Below are positions 39,086 through 48,253 of a stretch of DNA of 57,971 nucleotides, in pieces (the first letter of the stretch is position 1; the number at the start of each line of letters is the position of its first letter). Under the pieces are notes generated by a model that saw only the letters and a program-made list of their open reading frames with translations, did not search any database and was not told the DNA's origin. The translations under genes and the position numbers were made by a program. This DNA comes from Rhodospirillaceae bacterium. Lineage in GTDB: Bacteria; Pseudomonadota; Alphaproteobacteria; JAEULC01. Where the stretch lies: assembly GCA_023266845.1 (NCBI GenBank), contig JAHFPH010000004.1, forward strand, positions 1 through 57,971, in the 5' to 3' direction.

Positions 39086-40233
39086 GCGCGCGCCTCGCCG
39101 TCATGCCACCAGCGCCCGCCCAGCACCACGCCGCGCTGCGCCAACCGCCAGCCGCCCTGCAATGTCGCGCCGGTGACGTCGATATACTCGAACTTGCCTT
39201 TCACCGCCTTCAGCAGCGTCGCGTCGCCGGGCGAGCCGACCTTGAGCGCACCGAGCCGGGGCCGGCGGATGGCGCGCGCCGGCGCCTCGGTCACGGCGCG
39301 CACGATGTCTTTCAGCTTCATGCCCAGGCACAGCATTTTCGACATGGTGACCAAATTGTCGAAGGCCGGGCCGTCGATCGAGCGGATATGCACGTCGCTG
39401 GAGATCACGTCGGGCGGGAACCCGGCCTTGAGCATCGCCTTGGCGGTCTCGAAGCTGAACGAGCCGGCGCCGTGGCCCAGGTCGAACACCACGCCGCGCT
39501 TGCGCGCCTCAGCGGCCATCGGGATCACGCGGTGCTTGGTGTCGAGCGCGTGGTTCATCAGCGGGCGGCAGCAATGCGTCAGCACGTCACCGGGCCGCAA
39601 GCGCGCGACCAGGTCGATGAAGCGCGGCGGCGGCGAGCCGACATGCGCCATGACCGGCAGGCCAAGCTGCTCGGCCGCCTCGATCGCCAGTTCCAGCGGC
39701 CACAGGCCCATCATCTTCGAGGTCTCGAGCCCGAGACGCACCTTCACGCCGACGATCAGGTCGCGGTGCGCACGCCCCACGCGCACACATTCCTGCACGT
39801 TCAGAAGCTCGGGGATCTGCGCCTCGCCGAAATTCACGACATGGCCGAAGGCGAAGATGCCAGGATACGAAATGTTCAGGTAGGCGAGGATGCGCGTCTC
39901 GGATGGCTCGATCACGTGCTTGCGGAAGCCGTGGAAATTGGCGGCGCCGGTCGAGCCGGCGTCGATGCTGGTGGTGGTACCGCTTTTGCGCGCCAGCGCG
40001 TCGGCGTCGATGCCCAGCGCCGTGCCGCCCCAATAGACATGCGTATGCAGGTCGAGGATGCCCGGGACGACCGTGAGGCCCCGGGCCGAGCGCGTCACCT
40101 TGGCCGATTTCGGATCGAGCTTGGGCCCGATGGCGCTGACCTTGCCGTTGCGGAAGGCGACATTGGCCGGCCCGTCCAGGCCTTGCGATGGGTCGATCAC
40201 ATGGCCGCCGGTCAACATCAGATCGTGCTGCAT
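39082..40233 (-). CDS. Amidohydrolase/deacetylase, dihydroorotase-like (COG3964 type)
   Basis: PGILDLHTHVY, DAGSTG, GVKVR, MAH, LRPGDVLTHC, DLGHGAGSFSF, ISSDVH; start trimmed to ATG 40233. Confidence 0.88.
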   Translation of the reverse strand: MQHDLMLTGGHVIDPSQGLDGPANVAFRNGKVSAIGPKLDPKSAKVTRSARGLTVVPGILDLHTHVYWGGTALGIDADALARKSGTTTSIDAGSTGAANFHGFRKHVIEPSETRILAYLNISYPGIFAFGHVVNFGEAQIPELLNVQECVRVGRAHRDLIVGVKVRLGLETSKMMGLWPLELAIEAAEQLGLPVMAHVGSPPPRFIDLVARLRPGDVLTHCCRPLMNHALDTKHRVIPMAAEARKRGVVFDLGHGAGSFSFETAKAMLKAGFPPDVISSDVHIRSIDGPAFDNLVTMSKMLCLGMKLKDIVRAVTEAPARAIRRPRLGALKVGSPGDATLLKAVKGKFEYIDVTGATLQGGWRLAQRGVVLGGRWWHDGEARA

Positions 40234-40324
40234 GAATTGGAACCCCACGGGAATCGCCAAGCGGTCCGGAACCTTAGCATCCCGCTCAGGCCCGCACGAG
40301 CCGGCGGCAAGCCAGGCGGACCGC

Positions 40325-41833
40325 CTAGACGCGCGCCGGCTTGCGTTCGAGCACCTGGCCCAGCGCGCGTATGCCCGCGCGCAGCTGCCCGGTCGTGACC
40401 GCGGCATGGCCGAGCAAAAGTCCCGGCCTTGCCTTGCGCCGGTAGTAGAAAGGCGACAGCGGGCGCACGACCAAGCCCAGCTCGGCCGCCTTGCGCGCGA
40501 CGGCGATGTCGTTGAGGCCCGCCGGCAGCCACCCGATCACGTGCATTCCAGCACCAGCCGGCCGGACATCGATCCGGTCGCCGAACTCGCGCTGCAGCGC
40601 GCCGACCAACATCTGCTGCCGGTCGGCATACAACTTCCGCATGCGCCGCACATGCGTATAGAAGTGGCCGTTCAGCATGAACTCGGCTACCAGCAGCTGC
40701 TCGATCGGCGGCGGGTGCCGGTCGGTGAGCGAGCGGATCGCGATCACCGGCGCCACCAGGTCTTCGGGCAGTATCAGGTAGCCCAGGCGCAGCGACGGCA
40801 ACAGGATGCGGCTGAAGGTGCCGACATAGACCACGTTGTCGGCCGCATCCAGCGCCTTGAGGGCCGCCAGCGGCCGGCTGGCGTAGCGGAACTCGCTGTC
40901 GCAGTCGTCTTCCAGCACCACCGCGCCGGTCTGCTGCGCCCAATTCAACAGCGCCACGCGGCGCGCCATCGGCAGCGTGCCGCCGAGCGGGAAATGGTTG
41001 GACGGCGTCAGGTGGATCAGGCGCGGCGGGGCGCCGCCACCGCGCGGCAGCTCGTGGGTGACCATGCCCTCGTCGTCCACGGGCACGCCCAGGACCTCGG
41101 CGCCCAGGCCGCGCAACAGCGTGCGCACGAACGGGTCGCCGGGGTCCTCGACCGCGGCCACGTCGCCCTGCGCCAGCAGCGCGCGCGCCACCAGGTCGAT
41201 GCCGTGCTGGCCGCCCGCGGTCACCACGATGTGCTCCGCCGAACAGGCGATGCCGCGCGACGCGCGCGCCCATTCCGCGATGGCGCGCCGCAGCGGCTCG
41301 ATGCCGGCGGGGTCCGACATGGTCAGCACACGCCGGAAATCCCGGCGCAGCTTGGGCGTCAGCAGCCGGCGCATCGTCTCAAGCGGCAGGGCGTCCAACG
41401 CCGGCGTGTCGATTTCGAACGCGCCCTCGCCGCGCCGCGCCGTGCGGCCGATGAATTCCATCGCCTTGACCGCATGGCCGGTCAGCCCGCGGTCGCGCGC
41501 CGGACGCGCCCGGTCCTGCCGCGCCCCCTGCGCCGGGCCGCCGACCATCGGATAGTCGACCGGCAGGTCGCGCGCGACCACCGTGCCGGAGCCGACCCTG
41601 CCCTCGAGGTAGCCCTCGGCGCGCAGCTGCTCATAGGCGGCGATCGCCGTATTGCGTGCGATACCCAACAGCGCCGCCATGCCGCGCGTCGCCGGCAGCC
41701 GCGCGCCCGCCACCAGTTCGCCGGCCAGGATCGCGTTGCGCAACGCCATATAAAGCTGGCGGAACAACGGCTCCCCCGCCGTCTTCACCAGCCTGATCGG
41801 AACCACTTCGGCCTGAAAGGCGCGCTTGACCAT
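40325..41833 (-). CDS. GntR/MocR-family regulator (wHTH + aminotransferase domain); PLP Lys replaced by Arg
   Basis: RLPATRGMAALLGIARNT...YEQLRAEGY, TPSNHFPLG, EDDCDSEFRY, YVGTFSRILLPSLRLGY. Confidence 0.9.
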   Translation of the reverse strand: MVKRAFQAEVVPIRLVKTAGEPLFRQLYMALRNAILAGELVAGARLPATRGMAALLGIARNTAIAAYEQLRAEGYLEGRVGSGTVVARDLPVDYPMVGGPAQGARQDRARPARDRGLTGHAVKAMEFIGRTARRGEGAFEIDTPALDALPLETMRRLLTPKLRRDFRRVLTMSDPAGIEPLRRAIAEWARASRGIACSAEHIVVTAGGQHGIDLVARALLAQGDVAAVEDPGDPFVRTLLRGLGAEVLGVPVDDEGMVTHELPRGGGAPPRLIHLTPSNHFPLGGTLPMARRVALLNWAQQTGAVVLEDDCDSEFRYASRPLAALKALDAADNVVYVGTFSRILLPSLRLGYLILPEDLVAPVIAIRSLTDRHPPPIEQLLVAEFMLNGHFYTHVRRMRKLYADRQQMLVGALQREFGDRIDVRPAGAGMHVIGWLPAGLNDIAVARKAAELGLVVRPLSPFYYRRKARPGLLLGHAAVTTGQLRAGIRALGQVLERKPARV

Positions 41834-41859
41834 GTCCGCCCGGCTTTCGCTCCCTCGAT

Positions 41860-41907
41860 AATGGCCCTATCGTTTAGCGAGAAATGGTTCTTATTCAAAG
41901 ACCATTT
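41860..41907. promoter_or_regulatory. Putative MocR operator: two direct repeats plus one inverted repeat
   Basis: AATGGCCCTAT (41860) and AATGGTTCTTAT (41883), 23 bp apart, plus inverted ACCATTT (41901) in the divergent intergenic region. Confidence 0.55.
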
Positions 41908-41979
41908 TCTTGTTATCGTTTGCTTTAAGTCCGGCGCGGCCGGATATCCGCCAATGAAGAACGAGGGGGAATAACCGTC

Positions 41980-43014
41980 ATGTCGCATCGTACAGCTACC
42001 GCCATCGCGGCCGTCGGGCTTGCCTGTTCGCTTCTGGCGCCGGCGCCTGCCCGCGCCCAGCAGCCGGTCGTGGTCAATTGCACCTTCGAGCTGGAATGGT
42101 GCGAAGCCCTGCGCGTGAAATTCGAGGCCGTCACCGGCGCGAAAGCGGCCGTCAGCCGCAAGACCGACGGCGAGGTTCTGGCGCAGCTCAAGGCCGAAGC
42201 CGGCAATCCGCGCTTCGACGTTTGGCATTCCGCCGGCCCCGACGTGGTGGCGATCGCCAACAAGGAAAAGCTGCTGGACAGCTACAAGTCGCCGAAGCTG
42301 GGTGAGCTGCACGATTGGGCGCAGAAGGCGGCGGCCGGCACCAACTATACGCTGACGCCGATCTATACCGGCGTGATCGGCTTCGGGTACAACAGCGATC
42401 TGCTGGCCAAGAAGGGGATGCCGGTACCGAAATGCTGGGCCGACCTGACCAATCCCGCCTACAAGAACGAGATCCAGATGGCCGATCCGTCGACCTCGGG
42501 CACGGCGCTGACCATGGTAACGACCATCCTGCAGATCATGGGCGACGACAAGGGCTTCGCCTTCCTGAAGGAGATGCACAAAAACGTGAACCAGTACACG
42601 CGCTCGGGCACCGCCGGCATCCGCGCGGCGGGGCGCGGCGAGACCACGATCGGCATCGCCTTCCTGCACGACTCGGTGGCCCAGGCGGTGCAAGGCTTTC
42701 CGGTCAAGACCGTGGCGCCGTGCGAGGGCACCGGGTTCGAGATGCCGGGCGTGGCGATCGTCAAGGATGCGAAGAACCTGGAAGGCGCCAAGAAATGGTA
42801 CGACTTCGTGCTGAGCGTGGACGGGCAGAACGTCTCGTTCGACCAGAACAAATTCCAACTGCAGTCGAACAAGAACGCCAAGCTTCACCCGCTGGCACCG
42901 AAGCCCGACCAGGTGAAGCTGATCAACTACGACATCCTGAAATACTCGACCGACGAGACGCGCAAGGTCGTGCTCGACCGCTTCGAGAAAGAGGTGAAGA
43001 CCGCGCCGAAATGA
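41980..43014 (+). CDS. AfuA-like (FbpA/sugar-phosphate family) ABC substrate-binding protein
   Basis: Signal peptide, NCTFELEWC, NPRFDVW, PKCWADL, MADPSTSGTA, QYTRSG, GETTIGIAFLHD, PCEGTGFE. Confidence 0.85.
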   Translation: MSHRTATAIAAVGLACSLLAPAPARAQQPVVVNCTFELEWCEALRVKFEAVTGAKAAVSRKTDGEVLAQLKAEAGNPRFDVWHSAGPDVVAIANKEKLLDSYKSPKLGELHDWAQKAAAGTNYTLTPIYTGVIGFGYNSDLLAKKGMPVPKCWADLTNPAYKNEIQMADPSTSGTALTMVTTILQIMGDDKGFAFLKEMHKNVNQYTRSGTAGIRAAGRGETTIGIAFLHDSVAQAVQGFPVKTVAPCEGTGFEMPGVAIVKDAKNLEGAKKWYDFVLSVDGQNVSFDQNKFQLQSNKNAKLHPLAPKPDQVKLINYDILKYSTDETRKVVLDRFEKEVKTAPK

Positions 43015-43036
43015 GGCGCGGCCTCGCCGCGGCGGC

Positions 43037-45226
43037 ATGAGGGAACGGCGCCGGCGCGACGCGGGCACCCCGTGGCTGGCGCTGAGCTGGGCGGCGTTGG
43101 TGCTGCTGCCCTGGAGCGGCGACGACGCCGGTTTGTTCGCTTTCCTTTGGACCGGAACCTGGCCATCGGGTGTGGGCGGCAGCGCCCTGGGCCAGGCGGT
43201 CTTGGGCGGGCGCTTATGGCTATTGCCGCTGCTTGTGCCGCCGGCCCTGGCGCTCGTGCCTTTTGCGCATCAGCGATTGGGGCCCCGCGAAGGCGCGTGG
43301 CTGATCGGGGCGGGGCTGCTGGGACTGTTGTTTCTCGCCGCGATCGCGCTGTCGATCGATCTGCGCGGCTGGACCTGGCAGTTGCCCGCGGACCTGTTCG
43401 GGCCCTTGCCGCGGCGCAATCCCGGTTTGGGCGCCGGCGCCATGCTTTACGCGTTCGGCGCCCTAATGCTGCTGTGCCGCGGGTTGACGCTGCGCGGCGC
43501 CTGCGGTGGCGATTTTTTCACCGCCGGGCTGCTGGGGACGACGATCGGCGTCATCGTGCTGTTCGTGGTCTATCCGCTGGTCCGCATGGGGCTTGCCGCT
43601 TTCCAGACACCGCGCGGGGTTTACGACCTTGGGCTGTTCTGGGAGCGCCTGTCCAACCCCGCGATCTGGCGGCCGGACGGCGTGGTGCCGAACACGCTGA
43701 TGCTGGCTCTGGCGTCGGCTGCGTCGTCGACGCTGCTGGCGCTGATCTTCGCATTGGTCACGGACCGTACGCGGTTTTTCGCCCGCGGGCTGCTGCGCGT
43801 TCTGTCGATCCTGCCGATCATTGCGCCGCCGTTCGTCGTGGGGCTGGCGCTGATCCTTTTGATGGGCCGCAGCGGCGCGATCAACCGGCTGCTCGAGTAC
43901 GCCTTGGGCATCGAAGGCGGGCGGTGGATCTATGGGTTCCAGGGAATCTGGTTCGCGCAGACCCTTTCCTTCACGCCGGTCGCCTATCTGGTGCTGACCG
44001 GCGTGATCCAGGGCATCAGCCCCGCGCTGGAGGAGGCGGCGCAGACCCTGCGCGCGAGCCCGACCCGGGTGTTCTTCACCATCACGCTGCCGTTGGCGCT
44101 GCCGGGCATCGTCAACGCCTTTCTCATCGGCGTGATCGAAAGCCTGGCCGATTTCGGCAATCCGCTGCTGCTGGGCGGAAACTTCCAGGTTCTCGCCACC
44201 AGCGTCTATTTCGCAATCGTCGGCGCGCGGCAGGACCGCGGCACCGCCTCGGTGCTGGGACTGATACTGCTGACGATCATGATGATCGTTTTCCTGGTCC
44301 AGCGCCGGATTCTAGCGGGCAAGGGCTTCGTCACCATCTCGGGCAAGGGCGCGGGCGGCAATCCGGCGCCGCTGCCCAGCTGGGCGCGATGGACATGCCA
44401 GGCGGTCGCCTTGCCTTGGGCCGGGCTTACGCTTGTGATCTACGGCATGATCCTGTTCGGCGGCTTCGTGGAGAATTGGGGGCTTAACCACACCGCGACG
44501 CTGAAGCACTATGCCGGCGCCTTTGGCTTCGACTACGGTGCGAACGGCCTGAAGCTCACGGGCCAGGCATGGGAGTCCCTGTTCACCACGCTTCGCCTGG
44601 CGGCGATCGCAGCACCGCTGACCGCGCTGCTGGGACTGACGACGGCCTATCTGCTGGCGCGGCGGCGCTTCGCCGGGCGCACGACCTTCGAGATCGGCGC
44701 GCTGACCGCGGCGGCCGTGCCGGGCACGGTGCTGGGCATCGCCTATATCCTGGCCTTCAACAATCCGCCGCTTGAGTTCGTGCAAACCGGCGCGATCGTC
44801 GTGGCGAGCTTCGTGGTGCGCAACATGGGACCGGGCGTACGCGCCGGCGTCGCCGCGCTGGAGCAGATCGACCGCAGCCTGGAAGAGGCGTCGCTTACCT
44901 TGCGCGCGGGCTCTTTCGCCACCATCCGCTACATCGTGGCGCCGCTGCTGAAGCCCGCCATCGTGGCCGGGCTGGTGTACGGTTTCGTGTCGGCGATGAC
45001 CTCGATCTCGGCGGTGATCTTCCTGGTCAGCCCCGGCATCACGCTGTCGACCGTCTATATCGTCAACCTGGCCGAGGCCGGCACCTACGGCATGGCGATC
45101 GCCTATGCCTCGGTGCTGATCGTGCTGATGCTGGGCGTCATCCTGGGCATCCAGTTCGCCGTGGGCAGGCGCCGCATCGCGCGGCCCGCCCTGATCGCGC
45201 CCACCGCCACGGGCGCTGCGGCATGA
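43037..45226 (+). CDS. AfuB/FbpB-like fused double ABC permease
   Basis: Two EAA loops (LEEAAQTL, LEEASLTL), ILPIIAPPFV, LADFGNP, VTISGKG. Confidence 0.88.
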   Translation: MRERRRRDAGTPWLALSWAALVLLPWSGDDAGLFAFLWTGTWPSGVGGSALGQAVLGGRLWLLPLLVPPALALVPFAHQRLGPREGAWLIGAGLLGLLFLAAIALSIDLRGWTWQLPADLFGPLPRRNPGLGAGAMLYAFGALMLLCRGLTLRGACGGDFFTAGLLGTTIGVIVLFVVYPLVRMGLAAFQTPRGVYDLGLFWERLSNPAIWRPDGVVPNTLMLALASAASSTLLALIFALVTDRTRFFARGLLRVLSILPIIAPPFVVGLALILLMGRSGAINRLLEYALGIEGGRWIYGFQGIWFAQTLSFTPVAYLVLTGVIQGISPALEEAAQTLRASPTRVFFTITLPLALPGIVNAFLIGVIESLADFGNPLLLGGNFQVLATSVYFAIVGARQDRGTASVLGLILLTIMMIVFLVQRRILAGKGFVTISGKGAGGNPAPLPSWARWTCQAVALPWAGLTLVIYGMILFGGFVENWGLNHTATLKHYAGAFGFDYGANGLKLTGQAWESLFTTLRLAAIAAPLTALLGLTTAYLLARRRFAGRTTFEIGALTAAAVPGTVLGIAYILAFNNPPLEFVQTGAIVVASFVVRNMGPGVRAGVAALEQIDRSLEEASLTLRAGSFATIRYIVAPLLKPAIVAGLVYGFVSAMTSISAVIFLVSPGITLSTVYIVNLAEAGTYGMAIAYASVLIVLMLGVILGIQFAVGRRRIARPALIAPTATGAAA

Positions 45227-45248
45227 CGCCTTGGGCCCGAGGCCCGGC

Positions 45249-46238
45249 CTAAAGCTTGACCGGCTTGCCGCTCTTGGCCGATTCCATCGCCGCATAGGCG
45301 ATGGCGAGCGCGCGCTTGCCATCCTCGAAGCCTATGCTGGGCGCGCGCTTCGCCTCGAGCGCGGCGATGAAATCGTCCAGCTCGTCCGCATAGGCCTTGG
45401 CGTAGCGCTGGACGAAGAAATAGTGCAGCGGGTCGCGGCGCACGCCCTCGGCGCTGTAGCTTTCCAGCGAGGTCGGCTGCTGATTGCACGAGATCAGCAT
45501 GCCCTTTTCACCGAACGCCTCGATGCGCTGATCGTAGCCGTAGACCGCGCGGAAGCTGGAATTGACGTGCGCCAGCGCGCCGCCTTTCAGCGTCAGCATG
45601 GCCATAGCCGTGTCAGGGTCGCGGTGCGGGTTGGTCTTTTCGTCAAGCATCACGGCGGTGCGCGCATAGACCTCGACCGGCTCGTCGCCGGTCAGCCAAC
45701 GCACCATGTCGAAGTCGTGGATCATGGTGTCGTAGAAGATTCCAAAAGGCATCGCCGCGACGTAGTCCGGCGGCGATATTTCGGGATCGCGCGATGAAAT
45801 CACCAGCATCTCAGGCCGGCCGATCTCGCCCCGGGCGATCTTTTCGCGCATCGCCTTGTGCGTCGGGTCGAAGCGGCGGTTGAAGCCGACGAAGAACGGC
45901 ACGGCCGTGCGCCGCAGCACCCCGCCGCAGGCTTCGACATTCGCCATGTCCAGATCGATCGGCTTTTCGCAGAAAACCGCCTTGCCCGCTTTCGCCGCCG
46001 CCTCTATCAACATGGCGTGGGTGCGCGGCGGCGTGCAGATGACGACCGCGTTCAATTCGGGATCGGCCAGGGCCCTGTCGAGTGTGGCGATCGTAGAACC
46101 ATGTTTCGCGGCGATGCGTTCCGCGGCCGCCCGGTCCAGGTCTACGACATAGCGCAGCCTGGCGCGCGGATGCTGGGCGATGTTGGCGGCGTGGACCGGC
46201 CCGATGAAGCCCGCGCCGATCAGGCAGAACTCGATCAT
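45249..46238 (-). CDS. Gfo/Idh/MocA NAD oxidoreductase (IolG-like)
   Basis: IGAGFIG, FCEKPI, GFNRRFDP, SRDP, DTMIHDFD, YGYDQRIE; start trimmed to ATG 46238. Confidence 0.88.
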   Translation of the reverse strand: MIEFCLIGAGFIGPVHAANIAQHPRARLRYVVDLDRAAAERIAAKHGSTIATLDRALADPELNAVVICTPPRTHAMLIEAAAKAGKAVFCEKPIDLDMANVEACGGVLRRTAVPFFVGFNRRFDPTHKAMREKIARGEIGRPEMLVISSRDPEISPPDYVAAMPFGIFYDTMIHDFDMVRWLTGDEPVEVYARTAVMLDEKTNPHRDPDTAMAMLTLKGGALAHVNSSFRAVYGYDQRIEAFGEKGMLISCNQQPTSLESYSAEGVRRDPLHYFFVQRYAKAYADELDDFIAALEAKRAPSIGFEDGKRALAIAYAAMESAKSGKPVKL

Positions 46239-46267
46239 GCCGCCTCCGCCGGGCGACGCCGCGGGCG

Positions 46268-47224
46268 TCAATTGGGCCGGGCGCGGCGTTGGCGATTGAC
46301 CGCCACGCGCTCGAGCAGCGCCACGCTTTTTTCCATGCCTTCGATCGCCGGCATCATCGGGTCTTCGTGCTCGATGCTCAAGACCTCGTCATAGCCCACG
46401 GCAGCCAGGGCGGCGCAGAACGATCCCCACCATTGCTCGCCGTGACCGTAACCGAGCGTGATGTAGTTCCAGCTGCGCGTCTGGTATTGCGCGCCCGGGG
46501 TGGTTTCGAGCGTGCCGTTGGTGGCGCCGAGCAGCGGATCGATGCGCGTATCCTTGGCGTGGACGTGGTAGATCGCGTCGCCCAGCACCCGGGCGGCGAA
46601 GATCGGGTCGGCGCCCATCCAGAAAAGATGGCTGGGGTCGAGATTGGCGCCGACCATCGGCCCGACGGCGTCGCGCAGGCGCCGCAGCGTGGCGACGTTG
46701 TAGACGTTCTGGAACCCGTGCAGCTCGAGCGCGATGCGCTTCACGCCGTTTTTTCCGGCATGGGCGACCAGGTCTTTCCAATAGGGGATCAGCACCTCGT
46801 CCCATTGCCACTGCAAAACGTCGCGCAGCTCGGCCGGCCACTCGACGGTGATCCAGTTCGCTGTTTTGTCGCCCGGCGCACCGGGACAGCCCGACATCAT
46901 CACCACTTTCTCGATGCCCATCAGGCCCGCGAGCTTGATGGTGTCACGCGTCACCCGGTCGTGCTGCCTGCCGCGCCGGTTGGGGTCCACCGGATTGCCC
47001 GAGCAGTTCAACGCGCCGATCGTCATGCCGTGGTCCTTGACCTTGGCCTTGAATTCCCGGCGCGCCTTGTCGCTGTCCAGCATTTTCGCCAGGTTCACGT
47101 GCGGCGCTGTGGACCAGTTGCCGCAGGCGAATTCCAGCTCTTCCAGACCTAGCCGCGCCGATTCCGCCAGCATCGCGTCGAATGAAAGATTGCCCAGGCT
47201 GTCGGTGATCATGCCGATCTTCAC
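46268..47224 (-). CDS. Sugar phosphate isomerase/epimerase (xylose-isomerase-like TIM barrel)
   Basis: ALNCSGNP, IALELHG, NLDPSHLFWMG, YHVHAKD, LSIEHED. Confidence 0.86.
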   Translation of the reverse strand: MKIGMITDSLGNLSFDAMLAESARLGLEELEFACGNWSTAPHVNLAKMLDSDKARREFKAKVKDHGMTIGALNCSGNPVDPNRRGRQHDRVTRDTIKLAGLMGIEKVVMMSGCPGAPGDKTANWITVEWPAELRDVLQWQWDEVLIPYWKDLVAHAGKNGVKRIALELHGFQNVYNVATLRRLRDAVGPMVGANLDPSHLFWMGADPIFAARVLGDAIYHVHAKDTRIDPLLGATNGTLETTPGAQYQTRSWNYITLGYGHGEQWWGSFCAALAAVGYDEVLSIEHEDPMMPAIEGMEKSVALLERVAVNRQRRARPN

Positions 47225-47376
47225 GACGCGGAATTCCTTTTATGTACGGTGTTATGCACGGCGATCCGGGAACGCGGTGATATCGCCAAGCGCACGTTAC
47301 CGCAATTGGAATTGCCGAGAAACCGAAAATTGATGACCCGATGGGGCCATTTTGCCGGCGGTGCCCAGCCTTGCGG

Positions 47377-48252
47377 TCAGCCGGCGAATTCCGGCGCGGG
47401 CAGGCCGCGCGGACCAGGCTTGCATGCGAAAAGCCCGCCGGCCAATGGCTGCTTGGCCAGGGCCGCATCGTCCAGGCCGATCGAGGCGGTAGTGATATAA
47501 AGCGTGTCGAGCCCGGGACCGCCGAAGGCGCAGCTGGTCACCTGGGCAGCAGGCATGGCGATGGTGCGCTCGATGCGCCCGTCGGGCGCGAAACGCGTGA
47601 CGCGCCAACCGCCCCAATGACAGACCCATACGCAGCCCTCGGCGTCCACGGTCATGCCGTCGGGATAGCCGTCGGCCGCGGCAAAGCGTACGAACACGCG
47701 TTTATTCGACACTACGCCCCGCGCGAGATCGAAGGCGTGGATCGTGCGTCCGACCGTATCGGTGTGATAGAGCGTGTTTCCGTCAGCGCCGAAGGCCGGA
47801 CCGTTGGTGCAGATATAAGGGCCATCCATGCGCCGCCATTTCAAATCGGCATCGAGCCGATACAGCCAGCCCGTGGCCGCGCGTTCGCCGTCGTCCATGG
47901 TGCCGGCCCAGAACCGGCCTTGCGCGTCGCATTTGCCGTCGTTGAAACGGTTGCCCGGCCGGGCCGGCTCGGGATTGCCGATGCGCTCGATGCGGTTTTT
48001 TTCCAGATCGACGAAAGCAAAGCCGGTCTTGAAGCCGGCGACGAACCCGCCGCGCTTGCGCCGCGCCAGGCAGCCGATCAGCTCCGGCATCGGCCAGCTC
48101 CGCCGCGCCCCGTCGTCCGGCGTGAAGCGGTGGACGGCCGGAGCCTTGATATCCACCCAGTAGACTGCGGACTCGCGCGCGTCCCAGAACGGACCCTCGC
48201 CCAGCTTCGCCCGGGCGGTCCAGACACAGACAGGCTCGCTGGACATCTTCAC
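47377..48252 (-). CDS. SMP-30/gluconolactonase-family sugar lactonase (XylC-like)
   Basis: LGEGPFW, YWVDI, NRFNDGKCDAQGRFWAGTM, TNGPAF, GYPDGMTVDAEG, TSCAFGG. Confidence 0.9.
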   Translation of the reverse strand: MKMSSEPVCVWTARAKLGEGPFWDARESAVYWVDIKAPAVHRFTPDDGARRSWPMPELIGCLARRKRGGFVAGFKTGFAFVDLEKNRIERIGNPEPARPGNRFNDGKCDAQGRFWAGTMDDGERAATGWLYRLDADLKWRRMDGPYICTNGPAFGADGNTLYHTDTVGRTIHAFDLARGVVSNKRVFVRFAAADGYPDGMTVDAEGCVWVCHWGGWRVTRFAPDGRIERTIAMPAAQVTSCAFGGPGLDTLYITTASIGLDDAALAKQPLAGGLFACKPGPRGLPAPEFAG

Positions 48253-48253
48253 C

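Noticed and set aside
47285-47320. GCAATT-GG-AATTGC palindrome and a LacI-like half site upstream of the isomerase
   Set aside because: Too short to separate from chance and no LacI gene in the window
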